Shown piece after piece: positions 36,858-47,462 of a stretch of 64,000 nucleotides of DNA. This DNA comes from Candidatus Gottesmanbacteria bacterium (GTDB lineage: Bacteria > Patescibacteriota > Microgenomatia > 2-02-FULL-39-11), in contig JACPKY010000002.1 of the NCBI GenBank assembly GCA_016186795.1, positions 925,892 to 989,891 of the forward strand, in the 5' to 3' direction. The notes below the pieces were generated by a model. It saw only the letters and a program-made list of their open reading frames with translations. It ran no database searches and had not been told where the DNA came from. A program made the translations under genes and the position numbers. How positions within the stretch are numbered: position 1 is the first letter of the stretch; every line of letters starts with the position of its first letter.

Positions 36858-38339
36858 ATGCCCAAGGAATTTTTTAAAGAACTTTCTGATCATAAAACCC
36901 CTCCAACGTATAAATACTTTGACGGTGAAGCTTGGAAAGTTTCTTTAAGCGGTAAAACTAGCGATATTATTTCTCCCATTGATGGGAAAGTTTTAGGTAA
37001 AGTTCAACAAGTAACGTTTGTAGAGATTGATCGGGCAATTGAAAGAGCAAAAAAAGCTCAGGAAGAGTGGGCGAGAGTTCCCATGATAAAGCGGACAAAA
37101 CCTCTTCATCTTGCTGCCGACTGGATACGTGAACATGAAAAATTCTTAACCCGTCTTCTGATCCAAGAAATCGGCAAAACGTACGAAGAGGCGAAGGACG
37201 AAATTCTAAGAAGTGCAGATATGATTGACCATTTTTGCCATGAAGCACTTCATCTTGCGGGAGAGGAACTATCAGGTGATGCATTTCCGGGATACGACCA
37301 AACGAAGATGGCAATTGTTGAACGAGTGCCACTCGGGGTAGTTGTTGCCATTTCGCCTTTTAATTATCCGGTCAATCTTTCGGTATCGAAAATAGTACCA
37401 GCCCTTTTGACAGGTAATACCTGTGTATTTAAACCACCGACATACGGCTCAATTTCTGCTGTCCACCTGACAGAAATTTTCCGTATCGCTGGTGTTCCGG
37501 ATGGAGTACTTGTAACTATTACAGGGGAAGGGAGCACAATTGGAGATTATCTTGTTACACATAAAGAGATTGCAATGGTGACATATACTGGCTCTTCAGA
37601 GGTTGGTAGATCTATTGCCACAAAAATTGGCATGATTCCTTTACTTTTTGAGTGCGGGGGGAATAATCCAGCTCTCGTTCTTCCGGATACAGATTTGGAT
37701 GCAACTTCAACAGAAATCGTCAAAGGAGCATTTTCTTATTCCGGGCAACGGTGCACTGCGATAAAGTATGTTTTGGGTTTGAAACCAACAATTCAGGAAC
37801 TAGTGCCCTTGGTTATCAAAAAAACAAAAACTATGATGAGAATTGGTAATCCGAAGGACGAGAGAAATAATTTCGGTCCTGTAATAACTGAGAATGCAGC
37901 ACATGAGATTGAGAAACGAATATTAGAAGCAAAAGCGCATGGAGCAAAAATCGTTCTTGGTGGTAAAAGAGACGGTTTATTCGTTGAACCGACAATTCTG
38001 ACAGATGTTAAACCAACGATGGAGATTGTTCAGAGAGAAACATTCGGTCCGGTTGTATCATTTCTTGAAGTAAAGTCTATCGATGAAGCCCTTTCCATTA
38101 TCAATGCTTCAGAGTATGGACTTCAGGCGTCGATATTTACTAAAGATGAAGGGACTGGGATTCGTCTTGCACAAAAAATAGGTGTGGGGACAGTACAGGT
38201 GAATAGTAAGCCTCAACGTGGCCCTGATCATTTTCCTTTTCTTGGTGTAAAAGGAAGTGGAATCGGAGTCCAGGGTATCCGTTATTCTCTGGAGGCAATG
38301 ACTCGATTTCGCTCAATCGTTCTTAACTCTCCGAAGTAG
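36858..38339 (+). CDS. NAD(P)-dependent aldehyde dehydrogenase, GapN-like (non-phosphorylating glyceraldehyde-3-phosphate dehydrogenase)
   Basis: ALDH catalytic Cys region FSYSGQRCTAIKY and Glu region FECGGNNPALV, 493 aa. SGQRCTA is the GapN-type signature. Confidence 0.65.
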   Translation: MPKEFFKELSDHKTPPTYKYFDGEAWKVSLSGKTSDIISPIDGKVLGKVQQVTFVEIDRAIERAKKAQEEWARVPMIKRTKPLHLAADWIREHEKFLTRLLIQEIGKTYEEAKDEILRSADMIDHFCHEALHLAGEELSGDAFPGYDQTKMAIVERVPLGVVVAISPFNYPVNLSVSKIVPALLTGNTCVFKPPTYGSISAVHLTEIFRIAGVPDGVLVTITGEGSTIGDYLVTHKEIAMVTYTGSSEVGRSIATKIGMIPLLFECGGNNPALVLPDTDLDATSTEIVKGAFSYSGQRCTAIKYVLGLKPTIQELVPLVIKKTKTMMRIGNPKDERNNFGPVITENAAHEIEKRILEAKAHGAKIVLGGKRDGLFVEPTILTDVKPTMEIVQRETFGPVVSFLEVKSIDEALSIINASEYGLQASIFTKDEGTGIRLAQKIGVGTVQVNSKPQRGPDHFPFLGVKGSGIGVQGIRYSLEAMTRFRSIVLNSPK

Positions 38340-39503
38340 AAAGAGGCCACTTGAGGCAACTATTGCTAAACTTCCTCCGAAAAGAAATGCTGCCGAAGGA
38401 GAAATCGTTTGCCACAAAAATCCGGCAACAAAAGATGCTGGCAGCAGAGTCAAACCGGTAACCATATTATAAAGACCAAACGCATAACCTTTCTTTTCCA
38501 AAGGGACAATATCGGCAACATACGCTTTGGCCACTCCTTCAGTAAGACCGTAGTAAACTCCATAGAGAAGAAAAAGAAAAATTATAGGCATTGCACTCTC
38601 AAATTTAGCAAATCCCAGATAGACCCCTGCATAAAGAAGCCATCCTAAAAGGATTGTTTTTTTCCGGCCGAATTTATCCGAGACAATTCCGGCAGGAATG
38701 TTAAGAAGTGAGGCAATTAGGCTAAATGCAGCTAAAAGGAAAAATATCGATGAAATCGAAAGTCCTGCCTTTTGCGCTTTTAAAATGAGGAATGCATCGG
38801 ATGAATTTCCTAAAGTAAAGAGAAATATAATAAACAAGAATTGGTAGAAAGCAGTATCTAACTTTTCAATTTTTACTTCCCTTTTTTTTGTTTCTTTGGT
38901 GGAAACATCACGGACAAAAAGGAAAAGTAAAATAACGGCAATTGCCATAGGAATGGTAGCAAAAAGGACAATTGAATGAAATAGTTCAATCGTGAGTCCT
39001 AAGCTTGCCTTTCCAATTAAAAGTGTCAGAATTCCGGCCAAGATTAGCCCAACAACTGCACCTGCATTATCAAGAGCGCGGGAAAGTCCAAATGCTTTTC
39101 CTTGTTTTCCACTCTCAGCTGATTGGGATATAAGTGCATCCCGGGGAGCTCCTTGGATTCCTTTTCCGCTTCTGTCAAGAAAGCGTGCTAAAAGAACTAT
39201 TAGCCATGAGGAAGCAAAGAAAAGAAGAAGAATTGATGATCGCAAAATTTGTCCTCCTATTATCAGCGGTTTTCTACTTTTAGCTTTATCTGAAATCCAT
39301 CCAGAGAGAGGTTGGAAAAGTTGAGGAGTTGCCTCACCAATTCCTTCGACGATTCCCACAATTGATGTTTTTACTCCCAGGGCATTGGTTAAAAATAGTG
39401 GGATGGCATACTTAATTGTTTGTCCGCCGACATCATTTAAGAAAGAAACAAAAGAGAGAATTAAGACGTTTTGGGGAAATCCTAGTATTGATATCTGTTT
39501 CAT
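38313..39503 (-). CDS. Major facilitator superfamily transporter
   Basis: 12 predicted hydrophobic helices, 396 aa, MFS-like loop motifs. Confidence 0.6.
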   Translation of the reverse strand: MKQISILGFPQNVLILSFVSFLNDVGGQTIKYAIPLFLTNALGVKTSIVGIVEGIGEATPQLFQPLSGWISDKAKSRKPLIIGGQILRSSILLLFFASSWLIVLLARFLDRSGKGIQGAPRDALISQSAESGKQGKAFGLSRALDNAGAVVGLILAGILTLLIGKASLGLTIELFHSIVLFATIPMAIAVILLFLFVRDVSTKETKKREVKIEKLDTAFYQFLFIIFLFTLGNSSDAFLILKAQKAGLSISSIFFLLAAFSLIASLLNIPAGIVSDKFGRKKTILLGWLLYAGVYLGFAKFESAMPIIFLFLLYGVYYGLTEGVAKAYVADIVPLEKKGYAFGLYNMVTGLTLLPASFVAGFLWQTISPSAAFLFGGSLAIVASSGLFLLRRVKND

Positions 39504-39838
39504 TAGAGCATCCGAATAAGTCTTCCCTGCTGGTCAAACTCGATGAAGTGATGCGTTTTTCCTTCCCGGAAGTATTGACATTGATTTTCAGGCTGATTGT
39601 CAATATCCTGCCTTGGATTATGAACAATATCAAATGACCAATCGGGGATGAGTTCTTCAGAAAGGCACGGGCCGTCCCCTAAAAGAACGCCAGACTTTTT
39701 CTTCTCTTCAAAAATTTCTTGAGCTTTTTTGATGATTGGTTGTTGTGTATCAGTGGATTTCTGTTTAGCTTGAATAAACAGGAGGGCCGCTATACCTATT
39801 ACAATAATGCAAGCAAGAAAAATAACAATAATTTTCAT
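39503..39838 (-). CDS. Hypothetical small N-terminally anchored protein
   Basis: ORF with TM (IIVIFLACIIVIGIAALLF). Start overlaps the upstream gene stop. Confidence 0.35.
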   Translation of the reverse strand: MKIIVIFLACIIVIGIAALLFIQAKQKSTDTQQPIIKKAQEIFEEKKKSGVLLGDGPCLSEELIPDWSFDIVHNPRQDIDNQPENQCQYFREGKTHHFIEFDQQGRLIRML

Positions 39839-40392
39839 GAGTGGTATCCAAGCGCTTGGAGGGCAACTTTAAGAGTTTCCGCAGGACCGCTGGTATATGT
39901 ATTTATGATAAGGTCATAAAGATTCGGGTTCCAGAAATCCCTTGTATGGTAAAGTTTTTCCCACTTGATGATATTTTCTTCTTCCCGCTGTTTAAGGTGT
40001 TGTTTTGCCTCTTCGATCGTCATATTGTCGCGGTTCACAATCCGGTCGACTCGAATATTATCGTCACTGCAGGTGACAAATATTTTGAAAATCCCTGGTA
40101 TATTTTGAGCATCAAATCCTGAAAGCCAAGATTCGATGATGATATGTTTTTCGCTTCTTAGCTTTTCTTTGATGAAATTATCAAGCTCAAGATGATAACT
40201 ATCTTCACTTTGCGTTGTGGCAGCAAGCGGAATACCATTTTTCTTGGCATACTCACGGTACAGTTCTCCACCGTTTATGAGTTTCCATCCAAGTTTTTCA
40301 GAAAGTTTTTTGGAAAGAGTTGTGGCACCAGAGGCAGCCCGGCCTGAGACGGTAATATTTTTCCATTTGGGAAGAATAATTGGAGATTCCAT
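39835..40392 (-). CDS. Cytidylate-kinase-like P-loop NTPase (archaeal-type CMP kinase family)
   Basis: ITVSGRAASGATTLSKKLSEKLGWKLINGGELYREYA matches the cytidylate kinase-like family N-terminus. Confidence 0.5.
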   Translation of the reverse strand: MESPIILPKWKNITVSGRAASGATTLSKKLSEKLGWKLINGGELYREYAKKNGIPLAATTQSEDSYHLELDNFIKEKLRSEKHIIIESWLSGFDAQNIPGIFKIFVTCSDDNIRVDRIVNRDNMTIEEAKQHLKQREEENIIKWEKLYHTRDFWNPNLYDLIINTYTSGPAETLKVALQALGYHS

Positions 40393-40440
40393 AGACTAAT
40401 TATACGGATAGGGGATTAAGTATCAAGTGCAAAGAAAAAT

Positions 40441-41595
40441 CTATGAGAGATTGGTGTGTTTGCGGTGAAGAGTTTCAATTGTTTGAAGTGTAACATTTTT
40501 TTCTTTTAAAAAGAGATTACTTTTCCGTACTGCATTTTCAAGTACGGTGAGGGTTTTGTCATACGTTTCTCGGTCAACAGGGTATGGTGTTCCGTCTTTT
40601 CCGCCATAGGCAAAAGAGTAGCGGGCGGGATCTTCATAGGACGGTTTTGCACCGTAGATAACTTCTGCAACGAGAGAGAGTGCTCGAATTGTTTTTCCAC
40701 CCACACCAGGAGTCATTAGTAGTTTTTCAAATGATGTTGGTTTGGTTGTAATTACCGTATTTATTGTTTTTTGCAGTTGCGGATGCAGAAACTCTTTCTC
40801 AACCGGATGGTTTGTAAATTCAATGCCTGGCAGTTCCAAGATTTTGAAATGTTGAGCTGATTTTGGTTTTGCCAAAACCTGGAGATTTCTATAGAGGCTG
40901 CGTTCTTCTTTAATTAGTTCAAGTGTTGTTGCCTTATTATCTTTGCTTGCTTTATTCGTAAGATCAAGAACCCGCGAAAGGCGTGTTTGCGTCGCAATAC
41001 CCATATGAGGTTCTTCAATGAAATCTTCAACGTGGCTCCCTAACCAATGATAGCGTCTTGCTCTCCCAATTGCAGTATTCATTCCTTGCTGGACAACAGC
41101 CCATTGCCCCTTTTTATTGAATATAAAACTATGATGGTACAGGGTAAATCCATCTTGAATAAGGGCTGAATCTACTTTTGCAGCAGCTCGACTTGAGTAA
41201 ATTAAACGATCTGAATCTATTTGGGAAAATCCTAAATCCCACGACCAGATTTTAATCTGGTCAGGAGTCTTTCTACTTGTTTTTCCTTTCCCTCCACAAA
41301 TAAATACATCGACATCTTTTTCAAGTCCTCGAAGGGCCTCTTTGAGAGCTGCGGTTGTGGTGATGGTAAGGCCTGAAGCATTCCAGTCAAATGCCATAAG
41401 CGTTCCAAGGGATTGAAACCAGACAGGGTCTGCCAGGCGCTTTAAAAATTCCTCACTTCCAAACTCAGAAATAATTGCCAAAGCAATCACTCTTCCAAGT
41501 CGTGTCATCCTTTGAAAAAGCCAGGCAGGGCACTGACCGTAGTCAAGAGTCATTGTCGTTATGCCAGTTCTCATAGGAGATTCATTATAATACAA
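40441..41595 (-). CDS. Conserved hypothetical protein (possibly DUF763 family)
   Basis: 384-aa ORF. Family assignment from memory only. Confidence 0.35.
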   Translation of the reverse strand: MYYNESPMRTGITTMTLDYGQCPAWLFQRMTRLGRVIALAIISEFGSEEFLKRLADPVWFQSLGTLMAFDWNASGLTITTTAALKEALRGLEKDVDVFICGGKGKTSRKTPDQIKIWSWDLGFSQIDSDRLIYSSRAAAKVDSALIQDGFTLYHHSFIFNKKGQWAVVQQGMNTAIGRARRYHWLGSHVEDFIEEPHMGIATQTRLSRVLDLTNKASKDNKATTLELIKEERSLYRNLQVLAKPKSAQHFKILELPGIEFTNHPVEKEFLHPQLQKTINTVITTKPTSFEKLLMTPGVGGKTIRALSLVAEVIYGAKPSYEDPARYSFAYGGKDGTPYPVDRETYDKTLTVLENAVRKSNLFLKEKNVTLQTIETLHRKHTNLS

Positions 41596-41633
41596 GACAT
41601 GAAGGGTTTAGAGATACCGTTGAGGTTAGTACA

Positions 41634-42428
41634 CTAATGAATACAAAGAACGCTGCCTACAGATTTCAATTCCGGAAAGACAAACGGGTTTAGGTCTTGT
41701 TTAAGATAAAAAAATGATGCGGAACCTCCGTCAAGATTTATTCCCTTTTCAAATACAACATGGTTTTTTACTTCTTTGGAAGAGAGAATAACAGGAAGAT
41801 CTGAGAGGAACGGACCACTGAGAATATTATCTTTTTCTGTAATAGAGATAAGAAAAAACTTTCCATCATCTGTTTGGGCGATGACCGATCTTCTGGCGTA
41901 TTCATCATCCACCAGTTGTAATCTCTTTTTTCCAATGGGAAAGAGCGGTCCAGTTTGGAGGATAAAATCAAGATTTTCAAAGGACTGTGGTTTCTGGTAC
42001 TCGATATATCGTTTCCCACTTTTCTCCTGCCAAAAAAAACCGGTGGCAAGATTGCTTTGAATTTCTGGCGAATAGGTTTTTCCTCCTGTCATAAAAAGTC
42101 CCAGTGGTTTTTCCTCTTCAAGGTAGAACCCTCCATTGATAGATGCTTCACATGAGTTTGCTTTTGCAAGTGCCTCGCCGTCTTCTTTTTGAGAAAAATT
42201 GGGAAGAAGTGTTACTGTTTTGGACTTAGGGACTTCCCAGATCCAGGCAGTGAACGTGTGAGTATCATAGGGAATATTTATTGATATCCCTGGGAATTGA
42301 ACTTCTTGTTTGAAAGAAGGGATAGGGGAGGAAGTGGGAGTTTGCGGAATTTTTAGAAGTCCCTGGCTTGTCCAACTACCGAGGGTAAGAAAAAATCCAA
42401 AAAGAATTGAGAAGAGCTTCTCAAGCAT
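41634..42428 (-). CDS. Phosphodiester glycosidase family protein (NAGPA-like, DUF2233)
   Basis: INGGFY...GLF and INLDGGSAS motifs. Start placed at ATG 42428 (MLEKLFSILFGFFL signal/TM) rather than the ORF-track 42566. Confidence 0.5.
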   Translation of the reverse strand: MLEKLFSILFGFFLTLGSWTSQGLLKIPQTPTSSPIPSFKQEVQFPGISINIPYDTHTFTAWIWEVPKSKTVTLLPNFSQKEDGEALAKANSCEASINGGFYLEEEKPLGLFMTGGKTYSPEIQSNLATGFFWQEKSGKRYIEYQKPQSFENLDFILQTGPLFPIGKKRLQLVDDEYARRSVIAQTDDGKFFLISITEKDNILSGPFLSDLPVILSSKEVKNHVVFEKGINLDGGSASFFYLKQDLNPFVFPELKSVGSVLCIH

Positions 42429-42452
42429 TTCCCCATTATATACAAAAAGAGC

Positions 42453-43163
42453 TTGGTTGTAGAAAGAATCATTTATCTTTACAATGAATATATGCTCGAT
42501 CGGAAAAAGAGGTATTTGCAAGTTGCTCTCAATAGTACTCTTGACGAAGCGTACAACATCATACAAAACCTTCCGCCGAGCGATCGGATATTAATTGAAG
42601 CTGGGACACCACTTATCAAGCAGTACGGCGCTCGGGTGATTGCCAATCTAAAGAACTGGTGGGAAGAGAGATTAGATATGGCGAGCTTTCCCTATATTGT
42701 TGCTGATCTTAAGACTATGGATCGAGGAGCAACAGAAGTTGCAATTGCAAGAACTGCCGGTGCATCTGGCATAGTTGCTTTAGGGCAAGGGCCAATTGAA
42801 ATGCTTGATGTGTTTATTGATGAGGCGGGAAAGCAAGGACTTGATAGTATGGTTGATATGATGAATGTTGAGCAACCGATAAAAATACTGCGGAAACTTA
42901 AAAAACTTCCCGATGTAGTTCTTCTTCATAGGGGAGTGGATGAAGAGACATTTAATAAAGATAAACCGATACCCTATATCCAAATAAACAAAGTCCGGGC
43001 AAGTTATAACGTTTTGATATCAATTGCCGGAGGAGATACAATCCGGGAAGTCCAGCGGGCAATTTTCAACGATGCCAATATTGTCGTTGTCTGGAAAGAG
43101 TTTTACCGACCAACAGAAGAAACAGCAAATCTGGCGGAAGAGTTTTTGAGAGTGATAAAATAG
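42453..43163 (+). CDS. 3-hexulose-6-phosphate synthase-like protein (OMP decarboxylase superfamily)
   Basis: LQVALN...ILIEAGTPLIKQYG...IVADLKTMDRGATEV...IVALG aligns by eye along its length with HxlA/RmpA. Confidence 0.55.
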   Translation: MVVERIIYLYNEYMLDRKKRYLQVALNSTLDEAYNIIQNLPPSDRILIEAGTPLIKQYGARVIANLKNWWEERLDMASFPYIVADLKTMDRGATEVAIARTAGASGIVALGQGPIEMLDVFIDEAGKQGLDSMVDMMNVEQPIKILRKLKKLPDVVLLHRGVDEETFNKDKPIPYIQINKVRASYNVLISIAGGDTIREVQRAIFNDANIVVVWKEFYRPTEETANLAEEFLRVIK

Positions 43164-43916
43164 TTACAGATACGTATTCACAAAGACCCCTTCCCCTTTG
43201 TACGGAACAAAAAGTCCATTGTCTGCAAAAGGGTTTTTATTTGCCCGAAGGTCCGGCTCAATGCGATCAAGAGTGCACTTGGTACAAAGAAATTCTCCCG
43301 GGATATTGACGCTTCTCATAACTGGGCCACTGCTGTCCCACTGCAATACTCCTTTGCGATAATAAGAAACAGACGCACTGTTTTTGCACTTCGAACATTT
43401 CCCTTGTATTTCTCGTAGTCGTTCTTCCATTATTTGTCTATCTTCTTTTCGAAAATAGAACGCCTCAAATTCGCTTATAGGATAGTAAGGATACATTGTC
43501 CCGCAGTATTTTCGATCCTGCTCTGGATGAAAGACGACCATCTTATGAGGAAATTGGAGAAATGATTTTGAGAATTCATGAAGAAGATGATTTCGGCAGT
43601 ATGGCGTGTGTTTGTCGCCTTCACGGATAAGAATATCCTCTGTTTTCTTCTGACATGTAAAACACTTTTTCTTACCAAAATTGCTTTGAAGTGAGAGAAA
43701 GAAGTTATTAAGAAGATGGATACCTCCTATGAAAATAAGAGAAAGACCCAAAAAAGAATTTTCAATCAAATCAACGATGATCTTTGCTGGTTGAGTTTGA
43801 TTAAAATGTAGGTTTGGTTCAATAAGGACTGCTCCAACGATAATAAGGATCAGTGCAATGATTTTTCCCACACGAGAATTTCTCATAGGATTTGGAATAG
43901 TAAGAGAGGCGCTCAC
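43164..43916 (-). CDS. Hypothetical membrane protein with Cys-rich zinc-ribbon-like cytoplasmic domain
   Basis: Two N-terminal TM helices, then multiple CxxC pairs (CFTCQKK, CSKCKNS, CTKCT). Confidence 0.4.
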   Translation of the reverse strand: MSASLTIPNPMRNSRVGKIIALILIIVGAVLIEPNLHFNQTQPAKIIVDLIENSFLGLSLIFIGGIHLLNNFFLSLQSNFGKKKCFTCQKKTEDILIREGDKHTPYCRNHLLHEFSKSFLQFPHKMVVFHPEQDRKYCGTMYPYYPISEFEAFYFRKEDRQIMEERLREIQGKCSKCKNSASVSYYRKGVLQWDSSGPVMRSVNIPGEFLCTKCTLDRIEPDLRANKNPFADNGLFVPYKGEGVFVNTYL

Positions 43917-43928
43917 ACTCGGAATGAA

Positions 43929-44684
43929 TCACTTGCTGGTAAGTTTTTTCAATCCTTCAATGATTTGGATGGGGAGAGCAAAAACAACGGTGTTTGCTGG
44001 ATTTGCAGTTGTTGCCTCAATTGTCTGAAGGGTACGCAGAGATATTGCCCCACTTCGAGCCATGTGTTCCATTGCTTTTTTGAGATTTTCTGATGCTGAT
44101 AACTCTCCTTGAGATCTGATAATCGTTGCCCGTCTTTCTCTTTCTGCTTCTGCCTGTTTGGCCATAGCCCGTTTCATATCCGCAGGAAGCTCAATATCCT
44201 GGATTTTAATAGCTGTTACATCCACACCCCATTCAGTTGTTTCACTATCGACAAGTTTTTTTATCTCATCGGCAATTTTTTGCCGATCAACTAGTAAACT
44301 ATCAAGCTCCACTCCGCCGATGACATCGCGAAGTGCAGTCTGCGCATATTGAGTGACTGCATAGGTAAAATCCTGGATCTTCAAAACTGCATCTTCAGGT
44401 TTGGTTACCTGGAAATACACAACAGCATTAATACCAACAGGGACATTATCTTTAGTAATAACTTCTTGCTGGGGGATATCTGAGGTGGTGATCCGGATAT
44501 CGACTTTTATAAGCCTCTGTAATATGGGGATGACAACTTTCAGACCTGGTTCAAGCGTATAGGAATATGATCCAAGAGTAAGGACAATTCCACGTTCGTA
44601 CTGGTCGATAATCTTAAGCCCAAGAAGGGCAAGGACAACACCTATTACTAAAGCAACGAGGAAAAACCCTCCAAAAATTTCCAT
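43929..44684 (-). CDS. SPFH/band-7 (stomatin/prohibitin-like) membrane protein
   Basis: N-terminal TM, SPFH core (GIVLTLGSYSYTLEPGLKVVIP...), C-terminal coiled coil AKQAEAERERRA. Confidence 0.8.
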   Translation of the reverse strand: MEIFGGFFLVALVIGVVLALLGLKIIDQYERGIVLTLGSYSYTLEPGLKVVIPILQRLIKVDIRITTSDIPQQEVITKDNVPVGINAVVYFQVTKPEDAVLKIQDFTYAVTQYAQTALRDVIGGVELDSLLVDRQKIADEIKKLVDSETTEWGVDVTAIKIQDIELPADMKRAMAKQAEAERERRATIIRSQGELSASENLKKAMEHMARSGAISLRTLQTIEATTANPANTVVFALPIQIIEGLKKLTSK

Positions 44685-44729
44685 ACTTTTTTATAGTAAC
44701 AGGTTTAGCGATTTGTTAAAAGAGTCTTT

Positions 44730-46913
44730 TTATCCCTTTACAGCGCCCAATTCCAAAATCATAAACTGAGAGCGATTAATAGGAGCAAGTGTAGGATTTT
44801 CTGGATTTGGAGAAATTTCTGAACTAACAAAAAAGTGTAAACGGTAAAGATTGTCTGGTCTGGGAGTGATTTTTAAGGGCAACTTATTATTTACTTCATC
44901 TTCTGATATTAAACCAATAAACAAATAATCTGAATCTATATCGAAGCTGGCATGGCGCAGTTCAAATAAGAGGCGTTCTTCTTCAAGAGGAAGAAGAGCG
45001 AGTTTTTGGGAGATATCTTGTACAAATTTGGCTAACTGACTTTTGGGGATGATCCAACTCGTATCCGGTTTAGTAAATTCTTTTGATTCGTATTCATAAT
45101 AGAGAAAATCTCGTATAAATTCCCCCACTTTCAAACTTTTATTTTCTTGTATCGCTACATTCCAGATATTTTCTTTTGATATAGGAGGGTCGGAATAGAT
45201 AGGCAAAAGACCTGGTTCTATAGCTACATTAGTATACGCTTGGGCATAGATGAAAAGCGTGGGTGAAGTGACACTAAGCCTGATGGGACAATGGGGTTCA
45301 TCGCTCATCATCTTTGCAACTGTTTCGGCAGAAACCAATGGTTGGGTATAATCAGGTACTGTTTTATGCACCTGATCAAGAAGTTCATCTACAGTTGGTA
45401 ACTGATATTCCGGCGGCCATGGTAGGTACCAGAGAGCTTTGTGAGTAGTAGTTACTACGTGCAGACCGACCCGACCCATCCCAAAACCTAGATCCCAAAT
45501 GGGGTTTAAATATTTTTCTATACTTGCGTATGTGCACTTTTTAGGAGTGGGGGTGGGTGTCGGTTGTCCTGGATATAGAGTATTGGTCGGATGAGGAGTG
45601 GTTTCAGGTGTTGATGTTACTGTTGGACTAGGGGTAATTCCAGCTGGAAGAGTGGGTTGAGGAGTGGCTGTTGGAGTAACTGGAACAAAGGAGCCCAACT
45701 CTATTGAATCTCCAGCAACTTCTCCAACTCTTGTGAGAGAAAGAAGAGACGTTGTTCCATCTGCAAGAGCTGGGATGGTTTCGGTAAATCGGACTGTGTA
45801 TCCTGAGTTAAGCAGGGCAGTTCCTCGAATAAGATACATCGGGACAAGATTTGTTTGCACAACTGTTGGGTGATTTTCCAGATATGTCAGTACGTAGTCT
45901 GTAATTGTCGCTTTTTTGGCATGGGCTAGATTTCCGGGATAGACTTTCCCGATATCTACTGCTCCACTCCCAGCAGGGAGAGTAAGTGAGAGAGATGATT
46001 TATGAGCAATAAACTGTTGTAGAGCTTGTTGGGGTGAAAGTAGTTCTTCTTGTTGAATGATCCGTCGTGAGGCGATCCATCGTATGTTGGAAGCGATAGA
46101 CAATAGTTTACCTTCCTTATCTATAGCAACAGTCATTGTGTTAAAGTCATTGGGACGGGCAAAACCGTCCTGATTAGTAGAGGTATTGATGATATTTTCA
46201 TCTTCTATAGTTGAAAGAGACGTTACACCCACGGCCAAAGAAGATAGTGGTTGATCTTCGGGGGCGTTGACTACCCCCAGTGCGCTTAATATCGGAAGAC
46301 CGGCAAGATCCCAGTCTCGGTGACACTCGACGAAAGTGAATCCTGGTGAATCTTTCTTTTTATACGTGATGGGACAGCTGACTGTATCATCAGTGATACC
46401 GAGAGAAAAAAGAAGCGCTTGAATTGGTTGTTCAAGAGGAATCCCAACAAATGACTGATAGGAAAAACCTCCGGTCTGTGGATAGAACGTAAGCATACCA
46501 AGACTGTCTGGGTTTTTGACATTTTTAAGAACAACAAGAGCGTTCGTTGAACTTTGTATCTCACTTAAACTTAATCTTTGTCCAAAAGAGACAATTTCTT
46601 CTTGTGAGTAGTTTTTTTTAAGAGTATAGGCATACATCGTATCAGGAATAACCGGTAGAGAAGCAGTATTTTCGTACGTTTCAAAATAGACTTGCGGTGG
46701 AGGACCGATGGTGGGGGAAATTTCTGAAGGGATAGGAATAGAATCAGGAGAAGGTTTTTGAGGTAAAGATTGCTTGGAAAGTAGAAGAAAAACCATTGTG
46801 ACAAAGAAGAAACATCCCACAGCAAGAAAAAGCAAACGGTGACGGGAAAGGAGATTTTTTAGACGTTGCCAGTGAGAGAATGATATTGTATCAACATCCT
46901 GAGTTTCCATCAT
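44730..46913 (-). CDS. Hypothetical large (727 aa) N-terminally anchored extracytoplasmic protein with Thr/Pro linker
   Basis: ORF with TM near the N-terminus and PTPTPTP linker. No recognised domain. Confidence 0.45.
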   Translation of the reverse strand: MMETQDVDTISFSHWQRLKNLLSRHRLLFLAVGCFFFVTMVFLLLSKQSLPQKPSPDSIPIPSEISPTIGPPPQVYFETYENTASLPVIPDTMYAYTLKKNYSQEEIVSFGQRLSLSEIQSSTNALVVLKNVKNPDSLGMLTFYPQTGGFSYQSFVGIPLEQPIQALLFSLGITDDTVSCPITYKKKDSPGFTFVECHRDWDLAGLPILSALGVVNAPEDQPLSSLAVGVTSLSTIEDENIINTSTNQDGFARPNDFNTMTVAIDKEGKLLSIASNIRWIASRRIIQQEELLSPQQALQQFIAHKSSLSLTLPAGSGAVDIGKVYPGNLAHAKKATITDYVLTYLENHPTVVQTNLVPMYLIRGTALLNSGYTVRFTETIPALADGTTSLLSLTRVGEVAGDSIELGSFVPVTPTATPQPTLPAGITPSPTVTSTPETTPHPTNTLYPGQPTPTPTPKKCTYASIEKYLNPIWDLGFGMGRVGLHVVTTTHKALWYLPWPPEYQLPTVDELLDQVHKTVPDYTQPLVSAETVAKMMSDEPHCPIRLSVTSPTLFIYAQAYTNVAIEPGLLPIYSDPPISKENIWNVAIQENKSLKVGEFIRDFLYYEYESKEFTKPDTSWIIPKSQLAKFVQDISQKLALLPLEEERLLFELRHASFDIDSDYLFIGLISEDEVNNKLPLKITPRPDNLYRLHFFVSSEISPNPENPTLAPINRSQFMILELGAVKG

Positions 46914-46972
46914 AGATTTATAGTAACACCCCTTTATTTGACAGGGAAGAGGTGTATATAGTAATATAGAAT

Positions 46973-47455
46973 ATGGTTGCGCAAAACAGCCAACTTAGGA
47001 AAAAATTGGAAAATTCCGCTTTTACTCGGCCAAAAAAGGGCCGAGTTATTTGTTTCTGCGGCTCATTTAAGTTTTATAAGGATATGGAACGTGCCGCAAA
47101 AACACTTCGCAAATATGGGTATAAAGTTATTGTTCCTCAGCCCTCTCATATCCGCCACGGTCATAAGCCTGAAGAACTCAAAACGAAAAAATACGACAAA
47201 AAAACGCTCACCAAATGGGAAGGAGAGGGAGCATTTGCCCATCTTGAGAATATCAGAAAAAGTGATGCAGTCTACATTTTTAACAAAGGCTCCTATCTGG
47301 GACCTGCTGTGACTGTCGAAATTGGGTATTCTCTGGCATTAAAAAAGCCAATTTTTTCGAAATCAAAAATACGAGATATTACCATAACCAACTTTATTTC
47401 GAAAGTTGTCTCCCCTCAAAAATTGAGAAAGTATTTGATCAAAGAGGAGGTATAA
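46973..47455 (+). CDS. Nucleoside 2-deoxyribosyltransferase-like protein (tentative)
   Basis: SDAVYIFNKGSYLGPAVTVEIGYSLALKKPIF resembles the C-terminal signature of the NDT family. Sits in a purine-salvage context. Confidence 0.35.
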   Translation: MVAQNSQLRKKLENSAFTRPKKGRVICFCGSFKFYKDMERAAKTLRKYGYKVIVPQPSHIRHGHKPEELKTKKYDKKTLTKWEGEGAFAHLENIRKSDAVYIFNKGSYLGPAVTVEIGYSLALKKPIFSKSKIRDITITNFISKVVSPQKLRKYLIKEEV

Positions 47456-47462
47456 TAAAAGT

